A stretch of DNA of 64,000 bases from the human T2T-CHM13v2.0 reference genome, Homo sapiens: assembly GCF_009914755.1 (NCBI RefSeq), contig NC_060937.1; one strand, written 5' to 3'. Both the position numbers and the translations under genes were made by a program. Of the stretch, positions 1 to 17,984 are shown piece after piece (the stretch's first letter is position 1; every line of letters starts with the position of its first letter). Under the pieces are notes generated by a model that saw only the letters and a list, made by a program, of their open reading frames with translations, searched no databases and was not told the origin of the DNA.

Positions 1-29
1 TCCGCAGATCTCTGTCAATTACCACACCC

Positions 30-865
30 TCCCACTTTTCTAAAGACAACCACTCTCTTGTCATTTATGGTAATAACAACTTTGCTCTTCTTTATAGTTT
101 ATCCCCTAAACTTGCACTGCTAAACATTTAATCAATTTTAAATTTCATATAAATGGAGTCATGCAGTATTATTTTGTGTTCTTTCCCCACTCAATAATGT
201 GAGATTTATCAATACTGTTTTCTGTAGCTGTAGTCAATTTTTAGTACTGTACAGAATTCCATCATATGAATATACAGTCTTTTATCTATTCTACTGTTGC
301 TGGACATCTGAGTTTCTTCCAGTTTAGAGCTCTAAAAATAGGATATACATATCTTCCACTTCAGAAGATGCTAAATAGTTTTTCAAAGTAATATACATAC
401 TAGCAACAGATAACAAACAGTTCCATTACCTCACAGCCTAAGAAACACTTTGTATTGTCAGATTTTAATTTAAATCATTCTCGTACATATGTAAAGATAT
501 CTCATCAGGGTTTTAATTTTCTTTTCTCTTATCATTAACAATACTAAACATCCTTTGATATGTTCTTTGGCTTCTTTTATGACTTGCCTGTTCAATCTGC
601 TTCCAGTATTTTTTGGATTATCTTTTTTGGCCCCTGACTTGGAGGAGTTGGATTTCTAAGACTTAAGGGCTTTTTTTGGTTATATGTGTAGAGATATGCT
701 TCTCCCATTCTATGGCTTGTTTTGTAGTGTACTGATGATGTGTTATAATGGGAAGCAGTCCTTAATTTTAAAGTAGTTCCATTTATTGGTATTATACCTG
801 ATGGCTACTGTGTTTTGGGTCTCATTTTAGAAACCTTTCTCTACTCTAAAGTAAAAAAGATAATC
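30..865 (-). mobile_element. Old, degraded L1M fragment (continues at ~2404-2940 after the L1PA insertion)
   Basis: Degenerate antisense L1 ORF2/3' motifs (e.g. tttcatataaatggagtcatgcagta, ggttttaattttcttttctctt). Confidence 0.6.
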
Positions 866-874
866 TATATTATC

Positions 875-2411
<1,537 letters not shown>

Positions 2412-2954
2412 TTATTGTTTTGCCTTTTATGTTTAGCTCTATAATCCATCTGGAATCAATTTTTGTGTATGACGTGAAAAGGGGGAAGTGTCAAAGATTA
2501 CCCTTACTGTTCCATAAAGCCAACTTTGTTATAAATCAAGTGTTAATATATGCATGGCTCTACTTCTGGGTTCTCTATTCTTCTTCCATTGCTCTATTTT
2601 TCTATCCTTGTGCTGATACCAAACTGTTTTCAATTACGTAGTTTTATCAAAGATCTTGATATCCAGTAAAGCAATTATCACTTTTTATGCTTTAAGATTA
2701 TTTTAGCTACTCTTGGTACTTTGAATTTCTGGATGAGTTTTTGAATCTGCTTGACAATTTCCACAAAAATTTCCAGTGTTTGATATTTTTCATACTATTG
2801 TAAACGGTATATTTATTTAAACTGCATTTCTCGTTTGTTGCAGCTCTTAGAAATATAATTAATTATTGGACATTGACTGGTATTAAACAACCTTAAACTA
2901 TATAATTAATTCTAATAATTTATATGTGGCTATGTATGTATTTTCTGTGTAAAC

Positions 2955-3367
2955 AACTTGGAATGGCAACTGGAAGATAAATCAATAAAGATTATACAAT
3001 CTGGAGAACAGAATGTAAAAAGACTGAAAAAAATGAACAGTTTCTCAGAGAAACGTGGGACACCATTAAGCATGCCAACATATGCATTATAGAAGACCCA
3101 GGAAGACAAGGAAAAAGAAACATAGAAGATACTTTTAAAAACTACTGAAAAATTCCCAATTTTGATTAATAACATAGTTTACAAATTTAAGAAGCTCAAT
3201 GTACTCCAATAAGGATAAATGTAAAGATATCCACAGCCAGACACACCAGTCAAAATGTTAAAAGCAAAAGCTAAAATCTTGAAAAGAAGAGAAATGCTTT
3301 TTTCACTGTATACAAAAGAATCTCAGTAACAATAAAGGCTAACTTCTTATCAGAAACAACAGAAGCC
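2955..3367 (+). mobile_element. Old L1M ORF1-region fragment, resumes at ~10866
   Basis: Degenerate ORF1 motifs; sequence continues gatatattcaaagtg after the full-length L1 TSD. Confidence 0.65.
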
Positions 3368-3604
3368 AGAAGGCAATCAGATGGGGGCGTTCCAAGATGG
3401 CCGAATAGGAACAGCTCCAGTCTGCAGCTCCCAGTGTGACCGATGCAGCAGATGGGTGATTCCTGCATTTCCAGCTCAGGTACCTGGTTCATCTCAATGG
3501 GACTGGTTGGAAAGTGGGTGCAGCCCAGGCAGGGCATCGCCTCACCTGGAAAGCACAAGGGGTGGGGGAATTTCCCTTTCCTAGCCAAGGGAAGGTGTGA
3601 CAGA

Positions 3605-3799
3605 CTACCTGGAAAAATGGGACACTTCTGCCCAAATACTGTGATTTTCCCAAGGTCTTAGCAACCAGCAGACAAGGTGATTCTCTCCCGTGCCCGACAC
3701 GGCAGGTCCCACACCCACGGAGCCTTGCTCACTGCTAGCGCAGCTGTCTGAGATTGAACTGCAAGCTGGCAGCCTGGCTGGGGGAGGGGCGTCCACCAT
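3605..3799 (-). other. L1 ORF0 homologue in the antisense 5'UTR (64 aa)
   Basis: MVDAPPPARLPACSSISDSCASSEQGSVGVGP...HFSR aligns by eye with primate L1 ORF0 (MAGAPPPASLPPCSLISDCCASNQRDSVGVGP...RFSR); start context gcaATGG. Confidence 0.8.
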
Positions 3800-5076
3800 T
3801 GCTGAGGCTTGAGTACGTAAACAAAGCGGCTGGGAAGCTCGAACTAGGGGCAGCCCACCGCAGCTCAGCGAGGCCTACTGCCTCTAAACTCCACCTGTGT
3901 GGGCAGGGCTTAGCAGAACAAAAGGCAGCAGACAACTTCTGCAGACTTAAACGTCCTTGTCTGACAGCTCTGAAGAGAGCAATGCTTCTCCAAGCATGGT
4001 GTTTGAGCTCTGAGAATGGACAGACTGCCTCCTCAAGTGGGTCCCTGATCCCCATGTAGCCTAACTGGGAGACACCTCCCAACAGGGGCCGACAGACACC
4101 TCATATAGGCAGCTGCCCCTCTGGGACAAAGAGAAGGATCAGGCAGCAATATTTGCTGTTCTGCAGCCTCCGCTGGTGATACCCAGGCAAAAAGGATTTG
4201 CAGCATAACTCCAGGAAACTCCAACAGACTTGCAGCTGAGGGACCTGTTAGAAGGAAAACTAACAAACAGAAAGGAATAGCATCAACATCAACAAAAAGG
4301 TCATCTACACCAAAACCACATCTGTAGGTCACCAACATCAAAGACCAAAGGTAGATAACACCACAAAGATGGGGAGAAAGTACAACAGAAAAGCTGAAAA
4401 TTCTAAAAATCAAAGGGCCTCTTCTCCTCCAAAGGATCGCAGCTCCTCGCCAGCAACAGAACAAAGCTGGACAGAGAATGACTTTGACGAGTTGACAGAA
4501 GTAGGCTTCAGAAGGTTGGTAATAACAAACTTCTCTGAGCTAAAGAAGGATATTCGAACCCATCTCAAGGAAGCTAAAAACCTAGAAAAAAGATAAGACA
4601 AATGGCTAACCATAATAAACAGTGTAGAGAAGACCTTAAATGACGTGATGGAGCTGAAAACCATGGCATGAGAACTTCGTGACACATGCACAAGCTTCAA
4701 TAGCAGATTCAATCAAGTGGAAGAAAGGGTATCAGTGATTGAAGATCAAATTAATGAAATAAAGTGAGAAGACAAGCTTAGAGAAAAAAGACTAAAAAGA
4801 AACAAACAAAGCCTCCAAGAAATATGGAACTATGTGAAAAGACCAAATCTACGTATGACTGGTGTACCTGAAAGTGATGGGGAGAATGGAACCATGTTGG
4901 AAAACACTATTCAGGATATCATCCAGGAGAACTTCCCCAACCTAGCAAGGCAGGCCAATGTTCAAATTCAGGAAATACAGAGAACATCACAAAAATACTC
5001 CTCAAGAAGAACAACCCCAAGACACATAATCGTGAGATTCACCAAAGTTGAAATGAAGGAAAAACTGTTAAGGGCA

Positions 5077-6407
<1,331 letters not shown>

Positions 6408-7592
6408 AAAAACTGTTAAGGGCAACCAGAGAGAAAGGTCGAGTTATCGACAAAGGGAAGCCCATCAGACTAACAACGGACCTCTCAGCAGAAACCCTAC
6501 AAGCCAGAAGAGAGTGGGGGACAATATTCAACATTCTTAAAGGAAAGAATTTTCAGCCCAGAATTTAATATCCAGCCAAACTAATCTTCATAAGTGAAGG
6601 AGAAATAAAATCCTTTACAGACAAGCAAATGCTGAGAGATTCTGTCACCACGAGGCCTGCCTTACAAGAGCTCCTGAAGGAAGCACTAAACATGGAAAGG
6701 AACAACCAGTACCAGCCACTGCAAAAACATGCCAAACTGTAAAGACCATTGGTGCTATGAAGAAACTGCATCAATTAACAGGCAAAATAACCAGCAAACA
6801 TCATAATAACGGGATCAAATTTACACATAACAATATTAACCTGAAATTTAAATGGGCTAAAAGCCCCAATTAAAAGACAGAGACTGGAAATTGGATAAAG
6901 AGTCAAGACCCATCAGTGTGCTGTCTTCAGGAGACCCATCTCATGTGCAGAGACACACATAGGCTCAAATAAAGGGATGGAGGAAGATCTACCAAGCAAA
7001 TGGAAAGAAAAAAGAGCAGGGGTTGCAATCCTAGTCTCTGATAAAACAGACTTTAAACCAACAAAGATTAAAAGAGACAAAAAAGGCCAGTACATAATGG
7101 TAAACGGATGAATTGAACAAGAATAGCTAACTATCCCAAATATATATGCACCCAATACAGGAGCACCCAGATTCATAAAGCAAGTCCTCAGAGACCTACA
7201 AAGAGACTTAGACTCCCACACAATAATAATGGGAGACTTTAACACCCCACTGTCAATATTAGACAGATCAACAAGACAAATGTTAACAAGGATATCCAGG
7301 ACCTGAACTCAGCTCTGCACCAAGCAGACCTAACAGACATCTACAGAACTCTCCACCCCAAATCAACAGAATATACATTCTTTGGAGCACCGCATTGCAC
7401 CTATTCTAAAATCGACTACATAACTGGAAGTAAACCACTCTTCAGCAAATATAAAAGAACACAAATCACAACAAACTGTCTCTCAGATCACAGTGCAATC
7501 AAATTAGAACTCAGGATTAAGAAACTCACTCAAAACCACTCAACTACATGAAAACTGAACAACTTGATCCTGAATGACTACTGGATAAATAA

Positions 7593-7856
<264 letters not shown>

Positions 7857-7859
7857 TAA

Positions 7860-8937
<1,078 letters not shown>

Positions 8938-11085
8938 TGAACCCAAAATATCCTTTAGCTGATAAGCAACTTCAGCAAAGTCTCTGGATACAAAATCAAT
9001 GTGCAAAAATCACAAGCATTCCTATACACCATTAACAGACAAAGAGAGAGCCAAATCATGAGTGAACTCCCATTCAGAATTGCTACAAAGAGAATAAAAT
9101 ACCTAGTAATCCAACTTACAAGGGATGTGAAGGACCTCTTCAAAGAGAACTACAAACCACTGCTCAAAGAAATAAAAGAGGACACAAACAAATGGAAGAA
9201 TATTCCATGCTCATGGATAGGAAGACTCAATATCATGAAAATGGCCGCACTGCCCAAGGTAATTCATAGATTCAGTGCCATCCCCATCAAGCTACCAATG
9301 ACTTTCTTCACAGAATTGGAAAAAACTACTTTAAAGTTCATATGGAACCAAAAAACAGCCTGCATTGCCAAGACAATCCTAAGCCAAAAGAACAAAGCTG
9401 GAGGCATCACGCTACCTGACTTCAAACTATACTACAAGGCTACAGTAACCAAAACAGCATGGTACTGGTACCAAAACAGAGGTATAGACCAATGGAACAG
9501 AACAGAGCCCTCAGAAATAATACCACACATCTACAACCATCTGATCTTTGACAAATCTGACAAAAACAAGAAATGGGGAAAGGATTCCCTATTTAATAAA
9601 TGGTGCTGGGAAAACTGGCTAGCCATATGTAGAAAGCTGAAATTGGATCCTTTCCTTACACCTTATACAAAAATTAATTCAAGATGGATTAGAGACCTAA
9701 ATGTTAGACCTAAAACCACAAAACCCCTAGAAGAAAACCTAGGCAATACCATTTAGGACATAGGCATGGTCAAGGACTTCATGACTAAAACACCAAAAGC
9801 AATGGCAACAAAAGCCAAAATTGACAAATGGGATCTAATTAAACTAAAGAGCTTCTCCACAGCAAAAGAAACTATCATCAGAGTGAACAGGCAACTTACA
9901 GAATGGGAGAAAATTTTTGCAATCTACCCATCTGACAAAGGGCTAATATCCAGAATCTACAAAGAACTCAAACAAACTTATAAGAAAAAAACAAACAACC
10001 CCATCAAAAAGTGGGCAAAGGATATGAATAGACACTTCTCAAAAGAAGACATCTACACAACCAACAGACACATGGAAAAATGCTCATCACTGGTCATCAG
10101 AGAAGTGCAAATCAAAACCACAATGAGATACCATCTCACACCAGTTAGAATAGCAATCATTTAAAAAGTCAGGAAACAACAGATGCTGGAGAGGATGTGG
10201 AGAAATAGGAACGCTTTTACACTGTTGGTGTGAGTGTAAATTAGTTCAACCTTTGTGGAAGACAGTGTGGTGATTCCTCAAGGATCTAAACTAGAATTAA
10301 TATTTGACCCAGCAATCCCATTACTGCTTATATACCCAAAGGATTATAAATCATGCTACTATAAAGACACATGCACATGTATGTTTATTGTGGCACTATT
10401 GACAATAGCAAAGACTTGGAACCAACCCAAATGTCCATCAATGATAGACTGGATTAAGAAAATGTGGCACGTATACACCATGGAATACTATGCAGCCATA
10501 AAAAAGGATGAGTTCATGTCCTTTGCCGGGACATGGATGAAGCTGGAAACCATCATTTTCAGGAAACTATAAGGATGGAAAACCAAATACCACATGTTCT
10601 CACTCATAGGTGGGAATTGAACAATGAGATCAATTGGACACAGGGCCTTGGACACAGGGAAGGGAACATCACCCACCAGGGCCTGTTGAGGGATGGGGGC
10701 CTGAGGGAGGGATAGCATTAGGAGACATACCTAATGTAAATGATGAGTTGATAGGTACAGCAAACCATCATGGCACATATATACCTATGTATCAAACCTG
10801 CATGTTGTGCACATGTACCCTAGAACTTAAAGTATAATAAAAAAAAAAAAGAAGGCAATGAGATGATATATTCAAAGTGTTAAAATATTCCTTACAACTA
10901 CTGTAAAGTTTCTTAAAACTACTGGCATCCACTTAAATTTACAAAGGCAGAAGAAAGCAAGCTACAAAAGGAGAGAATTAAAGATTTGTCAATTTCCTTG
11001 GACAAGTGAAAAGTTACTATTTTGTTTTGACTTCAGTATGTTTGATATATAGAAAGGATAATTAATAGAATTAAAACTCTAAGTG

Positions 11086-11416
<331 letters not shown>

Positions 11417-11679
11417 CCCCTGCAAAACTCTTAAGTATAAAAATTATGAAGAAATTTTAAAAGACTGATAGTTCTGATATAGACATTTTTTAACTGTCAA
11501 GAACATCACACACTAATTTAAATGATGTCAAAATGTAAAGTGACATGCAAAATATTGATCTACAAAATGCTTCTATGGGTCAATGATTAAAATCCTAACA
11601 CTTAGAAGCCTGATATTATCTGGCACCTCATTCTTCTGTTATCTCATCTCTTCTCCTTGCTGTGTTCTAGCCATACACT

Positions 11680-12112
11680 TTGCTGTCTTCTTACATAAAG
11701 TATGTTCTTGCATTAGAACCTCTGCATCAGCTAGACACTCTGGTGGGAATATATTTTCCCTCAGTATTTGAATTGTTAATTCCCTCAATTCCTTCAGGTC
11801 ATTGCTGAAATGTCATCTTCTCAATGAGGCGTATCCTGCCAACTTTATTTAAAATTGTAATCTGTCTGCAACCTGACTCTCTGCTCCTGATTTTCCCTTA
11901 CCCAGTTCTTTTTCTTTTTCCATAGCATTTCTCAGCTTCTTGACATGTAACTCAATTTACATATGTCTATCACTTATTGTCTGTCTCCCTATGCACGCTA
12001 CCCCTGCTAAAATTTAACCTGCACAAGAGAAAAGATCTTAATATTGTAAACTAATATATCCCCAGAAGGGAAAACATAGTCACTCAAATACTTAGACAGT
12101 AAATGAATAATA
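11680..12112 (+). mobile_element. L2 3' fragment (degraded)
   Basis: aaatgtcatcttctcaatgagg motif and terminal aaatgaataa-like end. Confidence 0.55.
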
Positions 12113-12169
12113 AATAGATTATATATGAAAAGGACATACTTATTTAGATGCAAAAAATACACTTATCCC

Positions 12170-15100
12170 TGTGGAAGCTTTAGCCACTCCAGTCAGGGTT
12201 ATAAGGACAGAGCTCCGATCTCTCCCTGGGACAGGGCTTCCGGGGGAGGGTGGCCACCATCTCTGCAGATTGGTCGACTCAGCTGTTCCAGCCTGCCAGC
12301 TTTGGAGAGTCCAAACAGTCCAGACAAGGAAGGTTCCCCCACCAACAGAGCATAGCTGCTCTATCCGATCATGGCCAGACTGCTTCTTTAAGCAGGACCC
12401 CAATCCATTCCTCCTCACTGGGGAGGACCTCCCTGCAGAGGCTTCAGCCACACCAGCCAGGATTATAAAGACAGAGCTTTGATCTCTTCCTGAGACAGAG
12501 TTCCCAGTGGGAGAAGCGGCTACCATCTCTGCAGTTCGGTTGACTCAGCTGTTCCACTCAGCCGGCTCTGGAGAGTCCAAACAGTCTGGGTGAGAAATGA
12601 TCCACCCCAACACAGCACACCTGCTCCACCAACAAGCAGCCAGACTGCCTCTTTAAGCAGGTCCCTGATCCCATTCTTCCTATCTGCATAAGATCTCACA
12701 ACAAGGGTCTCCAGCCACCTGCTATAGGTGTGTTTGGGCTGGCAATAGGTCTGTACCCCCCTAGGACAGAGCTTCCAGAAGGATCTGGCTGCCATCTTTG
12801 TTGTTTCACAGCCTTCACTGGTGATACCTCTGGGTACAGGAAAAACAGAAGCAACTAGGGTCTGGAGTGAACCCTCAGCAAACTGCAGCAGCCCTACAGA
12901 AGAGCAGCTTGACCGTTAAAAACAAACAGAAAGCAACAAAATCATCGTCAACAAAAAGGACTCCAGAAAAACCCCATTCAAAGGTCAGCAATCTCAAAAA
13001 TCACAGGTAGATAAGCCCACAAAGATGAGAAAAAATCAAAGCAAAAATGCTGAAAATTCAAAAGGCCAGAGTGTCTCTTCTCCTCCAAATGACTGCAACA
13101 CCTCTCCCCTAAGCAGACAGAACTGGGCCGAGGCCAAGATGGCTGAAGTGATGGAAGTAGGCTTCAAAAGGTGGGTAATAAGGAACTTCGCTAAGCTAAA
13201 GGAGCATGTTCTAACCCAATGCAAAGAAACGAAGCACTATGATAAAACATTACAGGAGCTGTAAACGAGAACAATCAGTTTAGAGAGGAATATAAATGAC
13301 CTGATGGAGCTGAAAAACACAACATAAGAACTTCACAATGCAACCACAAGTATCAATAACCGAACAGACCAAGCAGAGGAAAAAATTTCAGAACTTGAAA
13401 ACTATCTTGCTGAAATAAGGCAGGTAGACACATTAAACAAAAAAGAATGAAAAGGAACAAACAAAACCTCCGAGAACTATAGGATTATGTAAAAGGAGCT
13501 GTGACTGATGGGGTACCTGAAAGAAACAGGGAGAACAGAACCAAGTTGAAAAACATACTTGAGGATATTCATCCAGGAGAACTTCCCCAATCTAGCAGGA
13601 AAAGACAACATTTAAATTCAGGAAATGTGGAGAACCCCAGTAAGATACTCCATGAAAAGATCAACCACAAGACATATAATCATCAGATTCTCCAAGGTTG
13701 AAATGAAAGAAGAAATGTTAGGGGGCAGCCAGACAGAAAGGCTAGGTCATCCACAAAGGGAAGCCCATCAGACTAACAGCAGACCTCTCAGCTGAAACCC
13801 TCCAAGCCAGAAGAGATTGGAGCCAATATTCAACATTCTTAAAGAAAATAATTTCCAATTCATTTCTTAAAGAATTCCCAAAAAAAAGAATTTCCAGAAT
13901 TTCATATCTGGCCAAACTAAGCTTCATAAGTGAAGGAGAAACAAATGCTGAGGGAATTCATCACCACCAGGCCTGCCTTGCAAGAGCTTCTGAAGGAAGC
14001 ATTAAGTATGGAAAAGAAAAACCGTCGGCAGCCATGACAAATACACACTGAAGTACACAGACCAGTGACACTATGAATCAACCACATAAACATGTCTGCA
14101 AAATAACCAGCTAGCATCATGATGACAGTATCAAATTCACACATAACAATACTAACCTTAAATGCAAATGGGTTAAATGCCCCAATTAAAAGACAAAGAA
14201 TGGCAAGCTGGATAAAGAGTGGAGACCCATCAACACGCTGTCTTCAAGAGATCCATCTCACATGGAAAGACACACATAGGCTCAAAATAAAGAGATGGAG
14301 GAAAATTTACAAGCAAATGGATAACAGAAAAAAAGCTGGGGTTGCAATCCTAGTTTCTGACTTTAAACCAACAAAGGTCAAAAAAGAATGTTACATAATT
14401 GTAAAGGGTTCAAGAAGAAATAACTATCCTAAATATATAGGCACCCAATACAGAAGCACCCAGATTCATAAAGCAAATTCTTAAGAGACCTACAAAGAGA
14501 CTTAGACTCCCACACAATAATAGTGAGAGACCTTAACACGCCATTAACAGTATTAGACAGATCATCGAGACAGAAAATTAACAAAAATATTCACGACCTG
14601 AACTCAGCTCTGGATCAAGTGGACTTGATAGATATTTACAGAAATCTCCACCAAAACCCAACAGAATATACATTCTTCTCATTGCCACATGGCACTTACT
14701 CTAAAATCGATCACATAATTGGAAGTAAAACGTTCCTCAGCAAATGCAAAATAAGTGAAATCGTAACAGTCTTTCAGACCACAACACAAATTAGAACTGA
14801 AGATTAAGAAATTCACTCAAAACCACACAACTACATGAAAATTGAACAACCTGCTCCTGAATGACTCTTGAGTAAATAATGAAATTAAGGCAGAAATCAA
14901 GAATTACTTTGAAACTAATGAGAACAAAGAGACAATGTACCAGAATCTCTGGATGCAACTAAAGCAGTGTTAATAAAAAAATTTATAGCACTAAATGCCC
15001 ACATCAAAACGCTAGAAAGATCTCAAGTTAACAACCTAACATCTCAATTAAAAGAACATGAGAGCCAAGAGCAAACAAACCCCAAAGCTAGCAGAAGACA

Positions 15101-17952
15101 AGAAACCACGATCAGAGCTGAACTGAAGGAGTTAGACAAACGAAAAACTCTTCAAAAAAAATCAACCAATCCAGGACCTGTTTTTAGAAAAAAAGTAGTA
15201 AAATAGACCACTAGCTACACTGATAAAGAAGAAAAGAGAGAAGAATCCAATAAACACAATCAGCAATGATATGGGGCATCAGAACCAACAACAAGTTCTG
15301 AAACTGAGGCAGCAATAAGTAGCCTACCAACCAAAAAAAGCCTAGGACCAGATGGATTCACAGCTGAATTCTACCAGAGGTACAATGAAGAGCTGGTATC
15401 ATTTCTACTGAAACTATTCCACAAAACTGAAGAGGGATTCCTCCCTTACTCATTCTATGAGGCCAGCATCATCCTGATGCCAAAACCTGGCAGAAATACA
15501 ACAAAAAAGGAAAACTTCATGTCAATACCATTGATGAACATCAATGCAAAAATCCTCAATAAACTACTAGCAAACCAAATTCAGCAGCACATAAAAAAGC
15601 TTATCCATCAGATCAAGTTGGCTTCATCCCCAGGATGCGACGTTGGTTCAACAGACACAAATCAATAAATGTGATTCATCACATAAACAGAACTAAGGAC
15701 AAAACCACATGATTATCTCAATCAATCAAGAAAAGCCTTTGATAAAATGAGACATCCCTTCATGTTAAAATCTCAATAAACCAGGTATTAAAGGAACATA
15801 CCTCAAAATAATAAAAGCCATATATGACAAACTCACAGCCAATATCATACTGAATGGGCAAAAGCTGGAAGCATTTCCCCTTGAAAACTGGCGCAAGACA
15901 AGGATGCCCTCTCTCACCACTCCTATTCAACACAGTATTGAAAGTTCTGGCCAGGGTAATCAGGCGCAAGAAAGAAATAAAGGGTATTCAAATAGGAAGA
16001 GAGAAGTCAAATTACATTTGTTTGCAGATAACATGATCTTATATCTAGAAAACCCCATCATCTCAGCCCAAAAGCTTCTTAAGCTGATAAGCAACTTTAG
16101 CAAAGTCTCAGGATACAAAATCAATGTGCAAAAATCTCTAGCATTCCTATACACCAACAACAAGTAGGCAGAGAGCCATCCCATTCACAATTGCTACAAA
16201 ATGAATAAAATACCTAGGAATATAGCTAACAAGGGAAGTATAGAATCTCTTCAAGGAGAATTACAAACCACTGCTCAAAGGAAATCGGAGAGGACACAAA
16301 CAAATGGAAAAACATTCCATGCTCATGGACAGGAAGAACGAACATCATGAAAATGGCCATACTGCCCTAAGTAATTTATAGATTCAAAGCTATTCCCATT
16401 AAACTAACATTGACATTCTTCACATATTTAGAAAAAGTGATTTTAAAATTCATATGGAACCAAAAAAGAGCCCGAATAGTCAAGCCAATCCTAAGAAAAA
16501 AGAACAAAGCTGGAGGTATCATGCTACCCAACTTCAAAATATACAAGGCTACAGTAACCAAGATGGCATTGTACTGGTACAAGAAGAGACACATAGACCA
16601 ATGGAACAGAACAGAGAACTCAGAAATAAGATCACACACCTACAACCATCTGATCTTCGACAAACCTGACAAAAGCCAGCAATGGGGAAAGGGTTCCCTA
16701 TTTAATAAATAGTGCTGGAAGTGCTGGCTAGCCATATGCAGAAAACTGAAACTGGACCCCTTCCTTATACAAATATTAACTTAAGATAAACTAAAAACTT
16801 AAATGTAAAACCCGAAACTATTAAAACTCTAGAAGAAAATCTAGGCAATACTATTCAGGATGTAGACATGGGCAAGGATTTCATGACAAAAATGCCAAAA
16901 GCAATTGCAATAAAAGCAAAAATTGGCAAATGGGATATATTAATAATTAAACTAAAGAGCTTCTGCACAGCAAAAGAAACTATCATCAGAGAGAACACAT
17001 AATCTATGAAATGGGAAAAAATTTCTCCAATCTATCCATCTGACCAAGGTCTAATATCCAGAGTCTACAAGGAACTTAAATTTACAAGAAAAAAACAAAC
17101 GACAAAGTGGACAAAGTACATAAACAGACTCTTCTCAAAAGAAGATATACATGTGGCCAAAAAATATGGGGAAAAAAGCTCCACATCACTGATCATTAAA
17201 GAAATGCAAATCAAAACCACAATGAGATAACATCTCACGCCAGTCAGAATGGCCATTACTAAAAAGTCGTAAAAGAACAGATGCTGGCAAGGTTGCAGAA
17301 AAAAGAGAATGCTTAAACACAGTGGGAATAAAAATTAGGTCAGCCACTGTGAAAAGCAGTTCGGAGATTTCTCAAAGAACTGAAAACAAAATTACCATTT
17401 GACCCAGCAATCCCATTACTTGGCATATACACAAAGGAATATAAATCATTCTGTTAAATATTATAAGGATACAGGAACGTGTATGTTCATTGCAGCACCA
17501 TTGACAATAGTAAAGACACGGAATCAACCTAAATGCCCATCAATGATAGACTGGATAAAGAAAATGTGATACATATACACCATGGAATACTATGCAGCCA
17601 TAAAATGGAATGAAATCACATCCTTTGCAGGGACACAGAAGGAGTTGGAAGCCATTATCCTCAGCAAACTAACACAGGAACAGAAAACCAAACACCACAT
17701 ATTCTCACTTTTAAGTGGGAGCTGAATGATGAGACCACATGGACAAAATGGCATAAACAACACACACTGTGGTCTGTTGGGGGTAGGGGGTGTGGGGAGG
17801 GAGAGCATCAGGAAGAATAGCTAAGGGATGCAGGGCTTAGTATCTAGGCAATGGGATGAACTGTGTAGCAAACCACCATAGCATACGTTTATCTGTGTAA
17901 CAAACCTGCATATCCTACACATAACTCTTAAAGTTGAAAAAAAAAAAAAAAA
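12170..17952 (+). mobile_element. Near full-length older primate L1 (about L1PA13/L1PB-age), inactivated
   Basis: 5'UTR with ~264-bp tandem units; ORF1 MRKNQSKNAENSK at 13025; ORF2 MMTVSNSHITILTLN at 14119; LFADNMILY; 3'UTR and polyA at ~17937-17952. Confidence 0.9.
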
Positions 17953-17984
17953 GGTGGTGACAGTATTTTTGTTGTTGTTGTTGC

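Noticed and set aside
12177-12780. ~264-bp tandem repeat, two to three units
   Set aside because: Lies in the 5'UTR of the older primate L1 and appears to be an intrinsic monomer structure rather than a locus-specific array.
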